From Octopus vulgaris (lineage: Eukaryota): a stretch of 124,000 bases of DNA. A program made the position numbers and the translations under genes. Location of the stretch: NCBI GenBank assembly GCA_951406725.2, contig OX597823.1, positions 26,060,001 through 26,184,000 on the forward strand. Reading direction: 5' to 3'. Shown in pieces: positions 42,171 through 56,707 of the stretch; positions within the stretch are counted from its first letter, which is position 1; the number at the start of each line of letters is the position of its first letter. The notes beneath the pieces were generated by a model. The model searched no databases. It saw nothing but the letters and a program-made list of their open reading frames with translations, and was not told where the DNA came from.

Positions 42171-43445
42171 TTGTGTCATCCCATAAATAATGCAGTTTTT
42201 CAATTGCATGAACTAAAAGTCAAAGGGGGATAGGATTAACTACCTGCATCAACTTGCTATAAAAGCAGGTAGTAATTTTACCTTGTATATATTCTTAGTG
42301 TAAGTTTTGAAGAATGCTGTTCGATTTTAACAGTTATTTTTTTCAAAGTTATAATGGAAGTGACAAAGGAGCATATTCAGCATATTTTGCTTTATGAGCT
42401 CAATAAAGGCAACAACACAACGGAAAGTGCGCAGAATATTAATGCAATATATGGGGATCAAACAATAAGTGTAAGCCAGTTTCAACGGTGGCTCCAGAAA
42501 TTCCAATCCAGAGAATACAGCCAAGAAGATGAGCCTCATCCTAGAAAATATATAGAGCTTGATGAGGACATCCTGAAAATGCTGGCAGAACAAAATCCCA
42601 TTGCAAGTGTTGTAGAACTAGCAGAAAAGCTTGGATTTGGTCATTCAACCATTCATCGGCACCTGCGGGCCATCAGAAAAGTTGGCAAATTGGGTCAATG
42701 GGTTCCTCACAAAATTTCCAAGTCTAATCACGTGCAGAGTGTGATTGTGTGCTCTTGTTTGCTCTCACACCTCATGAATGAACCTTTTTTGGACTGAACA
42801 GTGACTGGTGATGAGAAATGGGTTTTCATTAAAAATGTCAAACACCAAAGGCAGTGTGTAGGTAAAGGAGAATCATTGGCAGCCCAGGCTAAAGAAGGTC
42901 TTCATCCACATAAGGTGTTGCTATCTGTTTGGTGGGATATGAAAGGTTTAGTCCACTTTGAACTTGTAAACCCAAACTAAATGATAAGAAAGGAAATCTA
43001 CTGTGAGCAGCTTAAGTCAGCACTAGAAGAAAAACAACCATCTTTGGTTTCAAGACAAAAGGTGTTCTTCCATCAGGATAATGCTCGGCTACATACAGTG
43101 AGGAGGATATTCCAAAGGCTGAAGCAGTTTGAATGGGAAACGATGCCCCATCCACCATATTCACCGGACATTGCCCCATCTGATTATCATTTATTCTGCA
43201 GTCTTCAAAATCATTTGGCCAAAAAAAGTATGAATTCTGGAGACAAGGTCAGAACAGTACTGGAGGAATATTTTTCGTGACTGACAAGTGAATTTTGGAA
43301 GAGGGGCCTTGAAAATCTACCAGATAGATGGAAGAGCATTGTAGAAAATGAAGGAGAGTATATTTTAAATTTAGAAAGAACTTTGGTTATCTTAATTATG
43401 AAAAATAAAAGAAGTATAAAAAAACTGCATTATTTATGGGATGAC

Positions 43446-43449
<4 letters not shown>
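42171..43449 (+). mobile_element. Full-length defective mariner
   Basis: TIR ttg(g/t)gtcatcccataaataatgcagttttt at both ends. Contains WVPH, VTGDEKW, HQDNAR and HPPYSPDIAPSDY motifs, with stops. Confidence 0.9.
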
Positions 43450-43512
<63 letters not shown>

Positions 43513-45044
43513 GTATATATGTATGTATATATATATATATATATGTATGTATGTGTGAATATATATATAAATATATGCATACATACATATATATGTGTGT
43601 GTGGAGGCACATGACCTAGTGGTTAGAGCAGCGGACTCGTGGTTGAGGGATCGCGGGTTCGAATCTCAGACTGGGCGATGTGTGTGTTTATGAGCGAAAC
43701 ATCAAGCTCCACATGGCTCAAGAAGGCACAAACAATATATATATACATCAGTCTATGTCTGCTTTCCACACTGGCATGAGCTGGACAGGTTATCAGCAAG
43801 TCAGTTTCTGTTCAGGTTTATTGCTGCAGATAGAGATTTAGCAGGTAAGAAATAGGAAAAAGACTCAGATACAGATATGTATTACATATCCCATCACTAC
43901 CATCACCATCTATATTTTATCATACATTTCACTGTGCTTACACAAATGGTTGGGACTTCTCCAGTTCAGCAGGTTACCAATCCTCATGGCCATTCGTATG
44001 CTTCTTTATGAGACACAGCATCTTCAGATAAGTCTTAACTTCTTTGTCCCAAGTTTTCCTCACTCTCTCTCATCCACACAAGCTTCAATCACTTTGAGTA
44101 TGCACACTTCTGGGTACAGCTACCAACCTCCATATTCATCAGTCTTCTCTTGCATACATCTTATTCCTCTTAAATTCAGTTTTTATCTCACTCATTTGTA
44201 GACTGTCATTCATGTACATTAATATTACATATCCTGTAGAATATGCTATCTTTGTTTCTTTCAAGTCTTTGCAAATCATCTGCAGTCAATGTTTATGGCT
44301 AATCATACTTCATATGCAAGCTTTATACTGTTTAGGTTGTTGGGTTATTTTTCTCAATAGACCTCGCCTGTTTCACATGCAATAATAGTAGACACCATTC
44401 ACTTGGTCCCAAATGAGTACAAAATGAATACTCGCCCCTCTCTCCCAATATATCTCAAGCAGTCTTGACTGAAAGCTTTACTATACCTATATAATCTATT
44501 CCTAACATATAGAACCACCTCACTGCAGTGGCATTATTAGACTAATAGTATGTGGACACTGTTCTTAATTGCTGACTTGGAAGTTCTCCAGAAGAAAGAT
44601 AAAGATATTATAATTGTCTCTTCAAGACAAAATGAACAGCTTCAGTACAGACAAAGTTTATCATCGATAGAAAGCAAAGTTGAAAGCTCCACCAAAGAAT
44701 AACAGTGAGTGCATGGAACACCTAACAGTGAATGAGGAAACTGCTCGACTCATTGACTGGGTCTGCTATTGATCCAACTGCTACTGATCAACTTGATAAG
44801 CTGCAGAAAGATAATTTTCTATGAAGAACAATTAGACATGCTCAGTCTACTGTAACACCAACGAATGATGGCAACATGGGTGTAGATATAGCTGCGTGTT
44901 TAAAAGGTTTATCTTACCTAACCATGTTTTTGTGTTTGATTTCATTGTGCAGCAGCATTTTGATCTTATGAGTTGATCTTATGAGTGGGATTTGGCAGAT
45001 GGAAACAGTGTTGAATCCCATTGTGTATGTGTGTGCACACATGC

Positions 45045-45077
<33 letters not shown>

Positions 45078-45139
45078 TGTATGTATGTATGTATGTATGT
45101 ATGTATGTATGTATGTATGTATGTATGCATGTATGTATG

Positions 45140-45560
45140 TATGTACAATTTCATCAAAGATGTCTCAGACACATTCTGAATGTTGGCTGGACCTTAAAAA
45201 CTCCAGACACACATGACCTGAGGACAGCTGATATCTTGAGTATTGAGGTGATGGTGCACAAGCACTGGTTATGTTAGACTGGACACCTTAGAATGAAGGA
45301 TAGCAGGATCCCTAAGCAGATGCTATATGAGGAACTTCTTAATGAAATGTGACCATGGCAGAAACCAAGGCTGCAATTTAAGGATTGTGTCAAGTCCTCA
45401 TTAAAGGTCTGTGATATGCAGGAGACTGACTGGGAGAGCAATGCCTGTCATCACCACAGATGGAGGAAGCAGGTTAAGAAGGGGGTCAACACTTTTGAAA
45501 GAGCACGTATTCTGCATGAAGAACTTAAGTGTGCTGCCGAAATGTTGGGTTAACAACAAA
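45140..45560 (+). mobile_element. RTE/BovB-like 3' fragment
   Basis: QFHQRCLRHILNVGW..IPKQMLYEEL. Confidence 0.7.
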
Positions 45561-47699
45561 CAAGATGACAAATATCTGTCAAATGTAAATAATGTAAATA
45601 ATATCCTTTGACATGTCCAGCATAGAAAGACCTACTAGGAGCTTGCTGACATGGTTCTCAGGGTCATTGACATACACAAGCCATCATACTGCAGCAAAGA
45701 CTAGACCTTGTAGAGGTCAGCTTATACTTACTGCTACTCTATTCCAATTCTTTTTTTTTTATCCATTTAGCACTGGATTCACTAGTGATGAGTGACAACA
45801 ATGGAGAAAAATAGAGGACACTACTGGAAATCCACAACTGTGATTCTTCTCAGTGACAAGATGACAAGATTCAAATGATAGCATGAAAAGAAAAAATTAA
45901 TTAATGAGTATTTATCCAGTCCATGCTCTTTGTTGGTGACAAAACAGTTTTTTTTTTCAGACATGGCATTGCTATCCTTGAACAATGAAGGGGTGGTAAA
46001 AAAAGTTTTAAAAGTATTCATGTTCTGGCTTGCTAGGTTAATGCATTTAATTATAGCAGTTGAAACAATAAAATGATTTTAAGAGAGCTGTCAAGAGAAA
46101 ACTGAATATTAAATCATGGAAGGCACAACTCTTCAGGGTGATGCTCCTTGTTTTTAGAGAGGGAGAGGGCTTTCTTCTTACAAATAAATTGATGTTGTTG
46201 TTCTTAGTGAAACTGATTTTTCTGGGGGTAAGTCAACTAGAAAAAAATAGGAGGTGGCACTTTTTATTGGATAAGCAAAGAAAGAAATTGGAATTAGGTT
46301 ATCTAGTTTTGGGTTTGTAAGGAAAACTACTATTGCTAAACAACTATGATAACTACCTCAAGGTCAAAGAGGTTGCATTATGCCATTAAAAGTGGATCTT
46401 AAGGAGAGGAACTCAGCATTTTTAATAAGCTGCCATGCTATGACAATGACTTGTAATAAATACAACAAAAATACTTTTTTATGATAGCTTACAGTCCTAC
46501 ATCTCAAAAATCCCTTGTAATGATTATGTCCAACCATTTGGTGTCAGAGTAGTTTCTGATTCTGATAGTTGGTTTGGTACAAATTGGTATTCACTTCCCA
46601 TCAAGCCTTACCAAAGGAGAGTGTGACCTTTGAACCTTTGAACAAATTGGTATTCACTTCGCTGCCAAAGTAGTATTTTTGTTCTGGGCCACAAGGTTTG
46701 TTCAAGTTAGGACAAGCCACTTTGGTATGTCTATTCGGCTTGTGTCTGAATGGGTGACCCAACTAAAGTCGATCAGTCTTTGACCTGTGTCCAAGTAGCA
46801 TTCAGCTGACCCCACTGGTCATCTATTTTTAGCTAGAGCTATCAAGATGCTTTCTCTTCAGCCTCTACATTAATTTTTGATGGGTCTTCCTCTGGTCACT
46901 CCTTTGATACCCATGGCTCCACAGGCCTTACCAAAGGAGAGACTGAACTTTGAACCTTCTACTCCCTGTCTCCATTGACATGCATCTGCTCCTGCACCTG
47001 TTTCTGCAATTCCTGATACTTTGCTCACTACCTCACTTGCTCTGTTCACCTCAAGGCATAGTTAGTTCCAGCAAAATGAGCTGTCTTGAGGCATCTGAAA
47101 CCAAGACAATGTCCGATCTCAACAAGGACGATGTGATTAAGAGATGACTTTTAAGCTGTCCCTCTAGACCAAGTGTCAACTCCCAGTCAAGTGCTCTAGG
47201 AAACAAACAATTACAGCTAGGTCTTTTCCTTTGGTCATTTTCTCATCTCAACAGAAATTATTCCTCTAGCTGTAGTGTGGATGTAACTTTAATTGAATCT
47301 CTTTGATCTTTAATGTCTTCTGTTGTTCTTTAAAAAAATTGTTTTATAGAATTTAATAAAAATTAGATTTTCTTCTTTTTTGGGTTTTTAAGCATTAAAA
47401 CTGGCAAAGTATGTCCATTACAAAAGCTGTGCAACTTAATTTAAACTTCCCAAACTCAATCTGATTCTAACAGTTCTTTTGGTAATTGAATTTTGCATCC
47501 AACCAAAATAGAAGCCTCTGTATAGTTGTTTGATGTGCTAGAAATAGCAACTGAATTTCTTTAAATAACTCCCTACTGCCTTAAAACAGGAAGGATATTT
47601 TAGCCAGCATAATCCTAGGTATACAAAAAGTTGGGTTAACCAGAGCTGGAGCATCTTTGACTATAGATCTGCTTGATCAAGATTGACTTGGAACTAAAC

Positions 47700-47753
47700 A
47701 AGAAGAAGAAGAAGAAGAAGAAGAAGAAGAAGAAGAAGAAGAAGAAGAAGAAG

Positions 47754-47785
<32 letters not shown>

Positions 47786-47842
47786 CGACGACGACGACGA
47801 CGACGACGACAACAACAATAACAACAACAACAACAGCAACAA
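47700..47842. repeat. Compound trinucleotide microsatellite (AAG)n(AAC)n(GAC)n(AAC)n
   Basis: Directly visible. Confidence 0.95.
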
Positions 47843-50244
47843 CCAAAAGAGGCATCACATTTCTATTCAGTAATCTCATCATTTCTGCATCACTCTAAAG
47901 TTTAACCATGACACACAATGAAGTAATGCTCTCATATCTGGAATGGTACTGCTGCTACAGCACATATAGACATGCTAGACTGCACCCCCTCCCACCCCCA
48001 ATGCCACCAGACAAATTGACCAGAAGTCATTCTCCAACACACTCCAATCTCTGTCCCTCAGGATTATGTGAGCATTGTTCGAAATGATTGTTCGAAATCA
48101 ATTATTCGAAAACAATTATTCGAAAAACATTTATTCGAATGGACAATTATATTAATGAAAATTATTCAAAAGGACAATTATATGAAATGTTAATTATTCT
48201 AATTTTTTTTTATATAAATAAAAATGATAAAATTAAGAATCAAGTACACAAATGAAATTTATTTCAAATAACTGTTTTTTGAATAATTGTTTTCAAACAA
48301 TTGTTTTCGAACAATTTTCATGATACGGTTCCACAGACATTTTGTCTTCTCTCTCAACCTTTTCTACTCTTACTACAATGGCCCTCTGCTTTTTGGACTT
48401 GATTTATCTCACACCAAGTCCAGTCCGGCTCCCTTGTCTTTCCTTCTGTCATCACTCATATTGTATCTACTTCCTACTCCTGCACCAACCATTTCCCCCA
48501 ATTATTTCTCCCCAAAACATTATCTCTCTGGAATCTCCTCCCTGTTCATGTTTTTCCTTCATATGTTGACTTACAACTGTTAGAAGTGGAACATCAACTA
48601 TGTTAATCTGACTAGTTTCAAATGCCTTTGAAAGCTTCATGTGTACAATCCCACTTCCCAAACAAATAACAAAAATTAAAAAATACATAACACAATAAAT
48701 GATGGATCTACCTTGTGAGTTTAAGTCTTGTTTGTGTTTTCATAATGAAAGTGTTAGCTGTTTCTGTCATGTTTTTTGGCTCCAAGCAGTCTTGATCCAA
48801 CAGTCATATGGTCAAATGTATTATAGTCATAGCCACCCTATATTATTTCCCTGGCATAGTCTATCTAGGACTACATTATCTAATGTGTTCCTCTGTTCCA
48901 TTTTTCTTTCTTTTTTTTTTTATTTTTACATTACTTTGAGAAGGAAGGGTAAAATTCTGTGACTCTTTTCAGGCCCTTAAAGTCTAGTGTAGTAGTATTG
49001 ACTCCCAAACCTTGTTGCTGTGAATTGAACCACACAGTTATGCTTATGCCTAAGGATATGATTTTTAAGAATATTCGGTGGCTAAATCTAACATATTGAA
49101 CAGATTGAATTATGATGTAGTGGTTACTTCATTGAAATCGCAAGTGAAGTGCCTATATATCAAAATTACTTTTGCTGGTGAACTCTGCCATGATAGAGTT
49201 TCTAGAAATTCCACTGTCTAGAACAATCCTTTAAGAGCAAAAGTGTTTGGTTTTATCAAGTTTCAAGTACTCTGTAGACAGTTGAGATATTTCAGTTATG
49301 CACTGCATTGCTTATGGTCAACAGCCCAATAACTGTTTAACTATCTAAGTTTCTGAAATGAGTTTGTTATTAATAAAATTATTATTGTTCTGATTATTAA
49401 ATCTTCTTTAGAGATGAAATACTTTTTTTCATATTTACATTTACTCCATGCACAACACTGCCATTGGCTTAATGTGGCTGCCTTTACTGAAAGGCAAAGA
49501 CAGCCATATTGAGGAGCTTATATTTACAATATGCATTTCACAGGAAATATTCTTTTATCAAGGGCAAGAAATAATCAGCTACATTGAATGCTATGCTCAT
49601 GCGATGGGGAGGAAATTTTAAAACTAGATGATGTCTTTTCTCAGTTCTGCTGTTTTGTTGGGGTTAGCTCCACGTGTTCTAATTCTTCTTTGATGCAACT
49701 TCTTATAAACGAGTCACTGTAGTGGAGTGTGGCCCAATTGAATATGTCCCTGCTGGGGGATAGGGTGGATATGTTCCTACTTATATTACCTTACAAAATC
49801 TTTTTTATGATTGTAGAGGGTGCTGGTTGGAGTTTTTCTTTATATAAACTGTCTTTATTTGGTTTTCTGTAGTTGTGCTTACCTGTGGTAAGATCTAATG
49901 TCATGGATAAAGCATTGATGATTAATGCAGAGAACTATTTTAAAATCAAATTTCTCAACTATGTCACATCTTTCCAAAATTTGTCAATACTACAACTAAT
50001 TTTGTGGAGGGAGACTATTAACTTGTCAACTTTATATTATCATATATTGGGTGGGGGTTTATTCTTTCCTTAATGGAGAAGAACAACTAGTTTGTATACT
50101 TCAAATCTACTCAAAGTTCCTTGTTTTGCCTTTTATCTCTGAATGAGCCATAGACACACCAAAAAGTTCCTTGATTTGTTTTTTAACTCCAAAAGAATCC
50201 CCATAAGGTAAGAATAACTGCCTACTATTCATTACATTAGTCTT

Positions 50245-50295
<51 letters not shown>

Positions 50296-50473
50296 GCTTT
50301 TAAAGAATTCTAAGACTTTTTTGGAGATGCAATTTAGAAATGTATCTGTAAATGTAAGAGCCCTTGCTTGATGACAGACACATCATGGTACACAGAGCTG
50401 ATCAGGTCCACCACTGCAGTCGAGTTTTTTCTGGTTAGTGTTATAATGAGTCGAGGGTTTTTCTAAATAAGTT

Positions 50474-50568
50474 GTTGGTCCTCCACAGAATAAGGGCTAC
50501 CATCTTAGTTGGTCCTCCACAAAATAGGGGCTGCCATCTTAGTTGGTCCTCCACGGAATAGGGGCTGT
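50474..50568. repeat. 34-bp minisatellite x about 2.8
   Basis: agttggtcctccac..gggct..catctt repeated. Confidence 0.8.
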
Positions 50569-50689
50569 GATGAGCTGACATACCACAGGTCACCATTAGT
50601 CTGGAACCTCCCCAGGAGACTGGCCCACCTAGGGTGGCTATACCAGCAGTGAAGCTCCAGGTAGTAATGCTCTTTCAAGTCTATGGAAT

Positions 50690-51545
50690 ATATCCAATGG
50701 ATATGCTATGCTGATTGAAAAGGCTCTGAGGGCGTTTGGTGTGGTCTCTAAGTCTACAGAGTGTTTTTGTTTTGAACTACTTAATTATGGCATTGCTCTC
50801 TTCCCTTTTAATAATTCTCTGGTGCTTTTAATTTTTAGGCTAATGGAATTAAAGATATATTTCCTCAATGTCTTGTGTTTTTTTGTTTTTTTTTATGGGG
50901 TGCAGTTGTTAATTTATATTTGGGATTGGACACAAAGGCATCTTTCTAGATCCTATATTTTTCAAAAAGCAGCATTCCTGAATCTGGTGCCTTTATAAAG
51001 TGAAGAAATTTGAATTCAAATCTTGAGCTGAAATATTATAACATGAATATAGCATTTCAAATTTCTACTTATCATATTAGTTCTTTCGATAAGCCTCTCC
51101 TAACTCTTAATTATTCTAACAATTAATACACAGAATCTGAATGTATTCGTGTTGCAAATCTGGTCATAAAAGGTTTACAGTAATATGTAACTTGTACATG
51201 ACAAGGCAATCCAGCTTGTCATCTATTTTTAATTTTAGGCTAATGAATTTGCTTCAAAGTTGATTATATTATCCTTTTGTAAATTTAAGTAATGTTGCCT
51301 GACAGGAGTTTGGAGTGTGTTGTGCTATCAGCACTATTCAGATTATTATTTTTTTTTTGTTGTTTTTCTGGTAATCATGTGAATGTTGCAGGTGTCTCTG
51401 ATGGATATGATGTGCTTATTGAGAAGGCTCTGGAGGCTATTGGTATGGTCTCTAAATCTTAAATATTTTATCAGGTTCATTAGGTTGGTCTTAAAGTTTT
51501 CAAGATCATCTGCCTTTAGGGTTCTGAATCTAAACTTATTACCTG
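50690..51545 (-). mobile_element. Penelope-like RT N-terminal remnant
   Basis: DDLENFKTNLMNLIKYLRFRDHTNSLQSLLNKHIISIR, plus a partial duplicate at about 50700-50770. Confidence 0.45.
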
Positions 51546-51880
51546 AAGGTGATTGGTGATAGTTTTTCAGAATAGGTGTGAGTGTGTGTATATATATACA
51601 CACACATACACACACACACACATGCACACACAAAAATTTTAGCACAAGGCCAGTAATTTCAGGGGAGGAGGCAAGTCAATTACATTGACCCAAGTGATAA
51701 ACTGGTACATATTTTATCGGCCCCAAAAGGATAAAAGGCAAAGTTGACCTCAGTGGAATGTGAACTCAGAAACGTAAAGACAGACAAAATGCCACTAAGC
51801 ATTTCATCTGGTATGCTAACGATTCTGTCAGCTTGTTGCTTTTATATATATATATATATATATATATGTTAATATACATA

Positions 51881-52305
51881 CGAGGGGCATTCAATAAGTA
51901 ATGCCCCTGACCCACTTCCCATAGCAGTAGAGCAACGAAACTTGGCACAGTTATTAGTCTTTTTCTACATAGGAACCACCCAGAGTTACGCATTTCTGCC
52001 ATAGTTTGATGCAGCGCTGGAGACCGTTTTTGTAGAAGACCCCAGCTTGGTCTTCCAACCACAACGTGACTTTAGAAATCAAGGCTGCATCATCTGTGAA
52101 ATGCTTTCCTTTCAAAAAAAACTTCATGGCTGGGAAGAGGTGAAAATCAGAGGGTGCAAGGTCAGGAGCGTAGGGGGGATGGGGGAGGAGCTCTTAGCAG
52201 CACGCCTGTGCTTCTGATCTGGCGACACGCGAGTTGTGAACCGGAGCGTTGTCCTGCAGGAGGAAGATGCCTTTGCTGATCTTGCCCCACCTCTTGATTT
52301 TGATA
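51881..52305 (-). mobile_element. Mariner 3' end fragment
   Basis: LLQDNAPVHNSR..HPPYAPDLAPSDFHLFP. TIR starts (ta)cgagggg. Confidence 0.85.
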
Positions 52306-52824
52306 CCTATAGAGGGAACGTCTCTGATACCTCTTTACTTATATCTTGAAATAACTGTTGAAGCCGTTAGTTATGGTTCAATATCTGACATGACTCCCAT
52401 CTCTTTCTCATATGAATACCAATATGACTCTCCTAGATCTAATTTTTTCTGCTCTTTTCCTCTTTTTTAAGTTCCTTGTATTATAGTTTATTTCCTCCCT
52501 GCACTGAAGAGTATGTTGATATTTATTTTATTTAATTCAATCATGAATTTATATTATTATATCTCTGTACAAAATGATTGTCTGCAAGAATTAAACTCCT
52601 TATAAATTTTAACAACTTGTTTTCTCCATTCTTAACAATATTGATGGGATATATGGAACTTAATTCAATAAATTCATCATACATTATATACAAGTACTAC
52701 TTCCATATCTTTGCAAATTCATGCCTGTAAACTCCCAGCAAAGTATGAAGAATCAACATTGGAAATCTTTTTTGGAAACTTCCAATTAAAGGATGAATCC
52801 ACATTCAACCTTCATACACCTATA

Positions 52825-52892
<68 letters not shown>

Positions 52893-53184
52893 CACACACA
52901 CACACATACAGACATACATATATACACACACACATGCACACACACACACACACACACACATATGTATGTACATGTATATACATATATGGATCATCAGTGA
53001 ATCATATATCTGTAAAAGAAGCACCCTCTAAATCAGGAGCAGTGAAGTATCTATAAGATGTTAATTATATGGCTGACAAGCTGTCTATAAGGCTAAGTGC
53101 TTTACAAATGCAAAACCATTGGTCACTCTATGACCAGCCGTATAATTAATTTCCTATAAATGTTAAGAGCATAATAGGAAGTTC

Positions 53185-55110
53185 CTGTAGAACAACTTAC
53201 TGAGGGCTCCAGACCAAATCTGTGGCTAGTGCAAATCCATAACCAGGCTGAGGATGACATGGTAGTGGAACAAGAAGGTAGACAGTGCTATAAAAGCAAA
53301 GCGACAGGCCTGGAAAGACTGAAAAATGGTGGTAGTTGAGAATTACATCAGGTAGTAAGAAAGGAAGCTAGGGAACAAGTTAACATAAAAGAAGTAGAAA
53401 GTAAGAGATTTGCCAATGTTCTACAGCTTGAGGATCAGAGTCATGCGGTGTTCAGGATTGCATAGCAGTGTGTCAGAGAGAATAGAGATGTGGTGGGTGA
53501 GAAATGTGTGCAAATAGCTAAAGGTTTTTTTTTGCGACTCTGAAAAGAAAGAGGTTTGGAAGTGCTACTATGAAAGATAGTTAACTGTGGGACATGAATA
53601 GTAGAAAGAGAGCCTTCTCTATGTGAACCTAACTGAGGAACCAGCTATTTGAGTTGAAAGCAGTACGATAGATAAGGCAATTAAGGATTTGTAGACAGGG
53701 AAAGCCCCTAGTCCATTGGGTGTTACTGCTGAGATGCTTAAAATATCTGGTTGGGTAGGATATGGTCTGGTTATCTGGAAAGTTAATCAGGTTATTCAGG
53801 AAGGTGTCATCCTCAATGACTGGTATAGTAGCGTTATAGTCAGCTGCTACAAAGGCAAGGGACATGCTTTAGATAGAAGTTATTACTGAGGCATGAAATT
53901 GCTTGGCCAAGTCATGAAGGTTACAGAAAATTAGAAACAGAATCAGGTTAGATGAAATACACTTTGGCTTTGTGCTGGGAGAAGCACAACTGACACTATC
54001 TTCATAGTCAGACAACTGCAGGAGAAGTATTTGGCTAAGAATAAACCATTGTACTTGACATTTGCTGACTTGGAGAAAGCTTTCAACAGAGTACCTCACT
54101 GTATGAAATGGTGGGTCCTGATAAAGCTAGGGATAGCTGAGTGGCTTGTGAAAGCCTGTACAGGCCTTGTTCAGAGGTTCTGTCAGGGAGGTAAGAGTTA
54201 GCCATGAGTATAGTGATGAATTTAGTGTACAGATAGGTGTTCACAAGGGTTTGGTTCTCATTTCCCTCCTATTCAATCTTTGGTTTCCAGGCGACTTGCT
54301 AGTAAACAAGAAAACAGACAGGACCCTACACCCATCAGGTAAATGACCCTGTCCAGTATGTAGGAAAGGTGTAGACAGGAATTTCATATGGTGTGTCCAG
54401 TGTAAGGTATGGACACACAAAAGGTGCAGTAGAATAAGAGGAGAGTTAACAGAGAAAGTAATGTTTGTGTGTGGAAGATGCACAGGAGCCATAAAATCTA
54501 TATAAATACACAGGAAATTGATTTTCTCAAACGTCCTGGAAGATCTCTAGAGGTAGTGGGTAATTTCTGCTTCCTAGGTGACCCAATCAGTAATGGAGGA
54601 GGATGTGCTGAGAGTGTAATCACTAAAATAAGAATCGGATGGAGAAAATTCAAAGAGCTTTTATCTCTGTTGGCAACCAAAGGTCTCTCTCTCTCTCTCT
54701 CTTCAAGTAAAAAGAAGATTGTATGATGTATGTATACAGACAGCAATATTACATGGTAGTGAGATGCGGGTCCTGATTGCAGAGGGTGTGTGAAGACTAG
54801 AGAGGAAGGAAGCTTGTATGCTTTGCTGAATGTGTAATGTCAGTGTACATGTATAACACAGTGCTAGTGTGCTGAGAGCAATGTTAGACGTAAGAGGAAT
54901 TAGCTGTGGTGTGCAAGAAAGAAGACAGAACTGTTTTGGTCATGTGATTTGTATGGATGAGCACAGTTGCATAAAGAAGTGCTGATCGCATAAAATGGAC
55001 CGAAGTTGGGTTAAAAGGAGACCAGAAAGACATGGGATGAAGCATTGAAAGCTGATCTCAAGTTACTGAACCTTACAAAGGAGAAAACGAAGAACAGAGA
55101 TATCTGGTAC
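53185..55110 (+). mobile_element. Decayed RTE LINE (linker-RT-C-terminus)
   Basis: Homologous to the 24.4-26.3 kb element (DLEKAFNRVP; NFCFLGDPISNGGGCAESVITKIRIGWRKFKELL). Many stops. Confidence 0.8.
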
Positions 55111-56657
55111 CATGTTGTACTCAGGAAGACTCGTCCACCACAGCAGAACTGATATCCTAAAACCACCTTGGTAATGCTTGTCCATGAGGGCCCCTGCCCC
55201 AGCCACAGCTCCATCCTCTCTGCCTTGTCAACCATTTCCCCACAACATTTCACCCCCTAATACCCATCATTTCTCTATCACCTGAGAGCAGAATAGGCAC
55301 ATACTACATCTCCCTGCTTTATCAGATACCTTCCTTCCCCCTCCCTGAACCACTGCCATTTCCCATTATCTTCCCTTGCCAACTGCCTCCTCCTCTCTGT
55401 GTCTTCTCTCCCCTGTGCTGTTCTCCATCACTTATCTGCTATCACCCTCAATACTTTCACATGTCCATCGCAACCCCCACTCTCAAGTCTCTCCTCTATT
55501 TCTCTCCATTATTTTACTACACTTACCTCTATCATGCCCTCTCACCCAATCCAAACTTTTATCACCTCACTTATTCTAACCCCCCCCCCCCCCATCCCTT
55601 GAAGGCATGTCCCTTACACATCTTTGCCACCATCTCTCTTACTATTGCCCTCTTTATCTGACTCTCTGATTCACCTGCTTTCTTTATCTTACTCTCTAAC
55701 TCACCCGCTTTTCTCTTCCAACTAGGGTATCCATGTATCTACTCTACAGCAAGACACCTTTCTCTGTCCCTCTTTACCTTTAATCTCTCATCAAATGGCA
55801 CAAAACCACTCTACTCAATACTACTCCCAACTTCCAGTTGAGTGGGGGTTTGTCCTGCAAGTTACTTGATGACCCAGTCAGTAATGAAGCCATGTAGAAA
55901 GCACAGATCTTTTCTGTTTTACTGCCACTTTTCAATTTCTTCAATTTTGTTCCTATTGATTTCAAATTTGGTGTATTTATGTAGATCTGTATGATAATTA
56001 TTGGCATGAAATTCATTTTTGCCACAAATTTAAAAAAAAAACAGTTAATAGCTTTTAAAGTTTGCAAATTTTGAGTAACTTTAACCAATCAAAAACCAGA
56101 CATAAAGGTGCCTGTTTCAATAGTAACAAGCCAACCATTGGAGAGTTCCACGTATGTTTACGAAAAACCACGTGTGTCTTACGATTGCAGTCACATACAA
56201 AATGACAGCTTCCAAATCCTGTTTATTGACTGGGTAAAAATGATCAAAAACCTGTGTAACTTTAAAAAAAAGTTTCTGAAACAAGTGAATTAGGCCCTGA
56301 TATTCATCAAGAAAAATCTCATCAATACACCAAATTTCAAAATTTTCACTTAATTTTAAAATTTCAAAAAGTGCAACCAAACAGATAAGATCCAAAAGCA
56401 CTGTTGCTGAGGCCATGTATAAGGCACTGGTGCTGGTACAACATAAAAAGCAACCAATGAACTCTGTAAAGTGGTTGGCATTAAGAAGGGCATCCAGCCC
56501 TAGAAACCATGTCAAAACAGACAATAGGGCCTTGTTTCTAGTGCTAAAGCCAAAATCTCTTTGCACACCATAAAATCTATTGGAGTGTTGCCCAATATGA
56601 CCATTGAAGCCGCCAGCTATGAATAATAAGGTAATTTTCTTTTTTTTATTGGGATAG

Positions 56658-56707
56658 TCTGCTGAAAGGATTCATAGAAACAGTCCTTCTGTTCAACAGC
56701 TTGTCCG
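56658..56707 (+). CDS. Internal exon (50 nt) of unidentified plus-strand gene
   Basis: Poly-T tract ...gggatag| and ccg|gtatgt. Continues the reading frames of the 32676 exon without stops. Confidence 0.5.

Noticed and set aside
43604-43680. tRNA-like sequence with A and B boxes (also about 70135-70200)
   Set aside because: No proper acceptor stem; it is a SINE head, not a tRNA gene.
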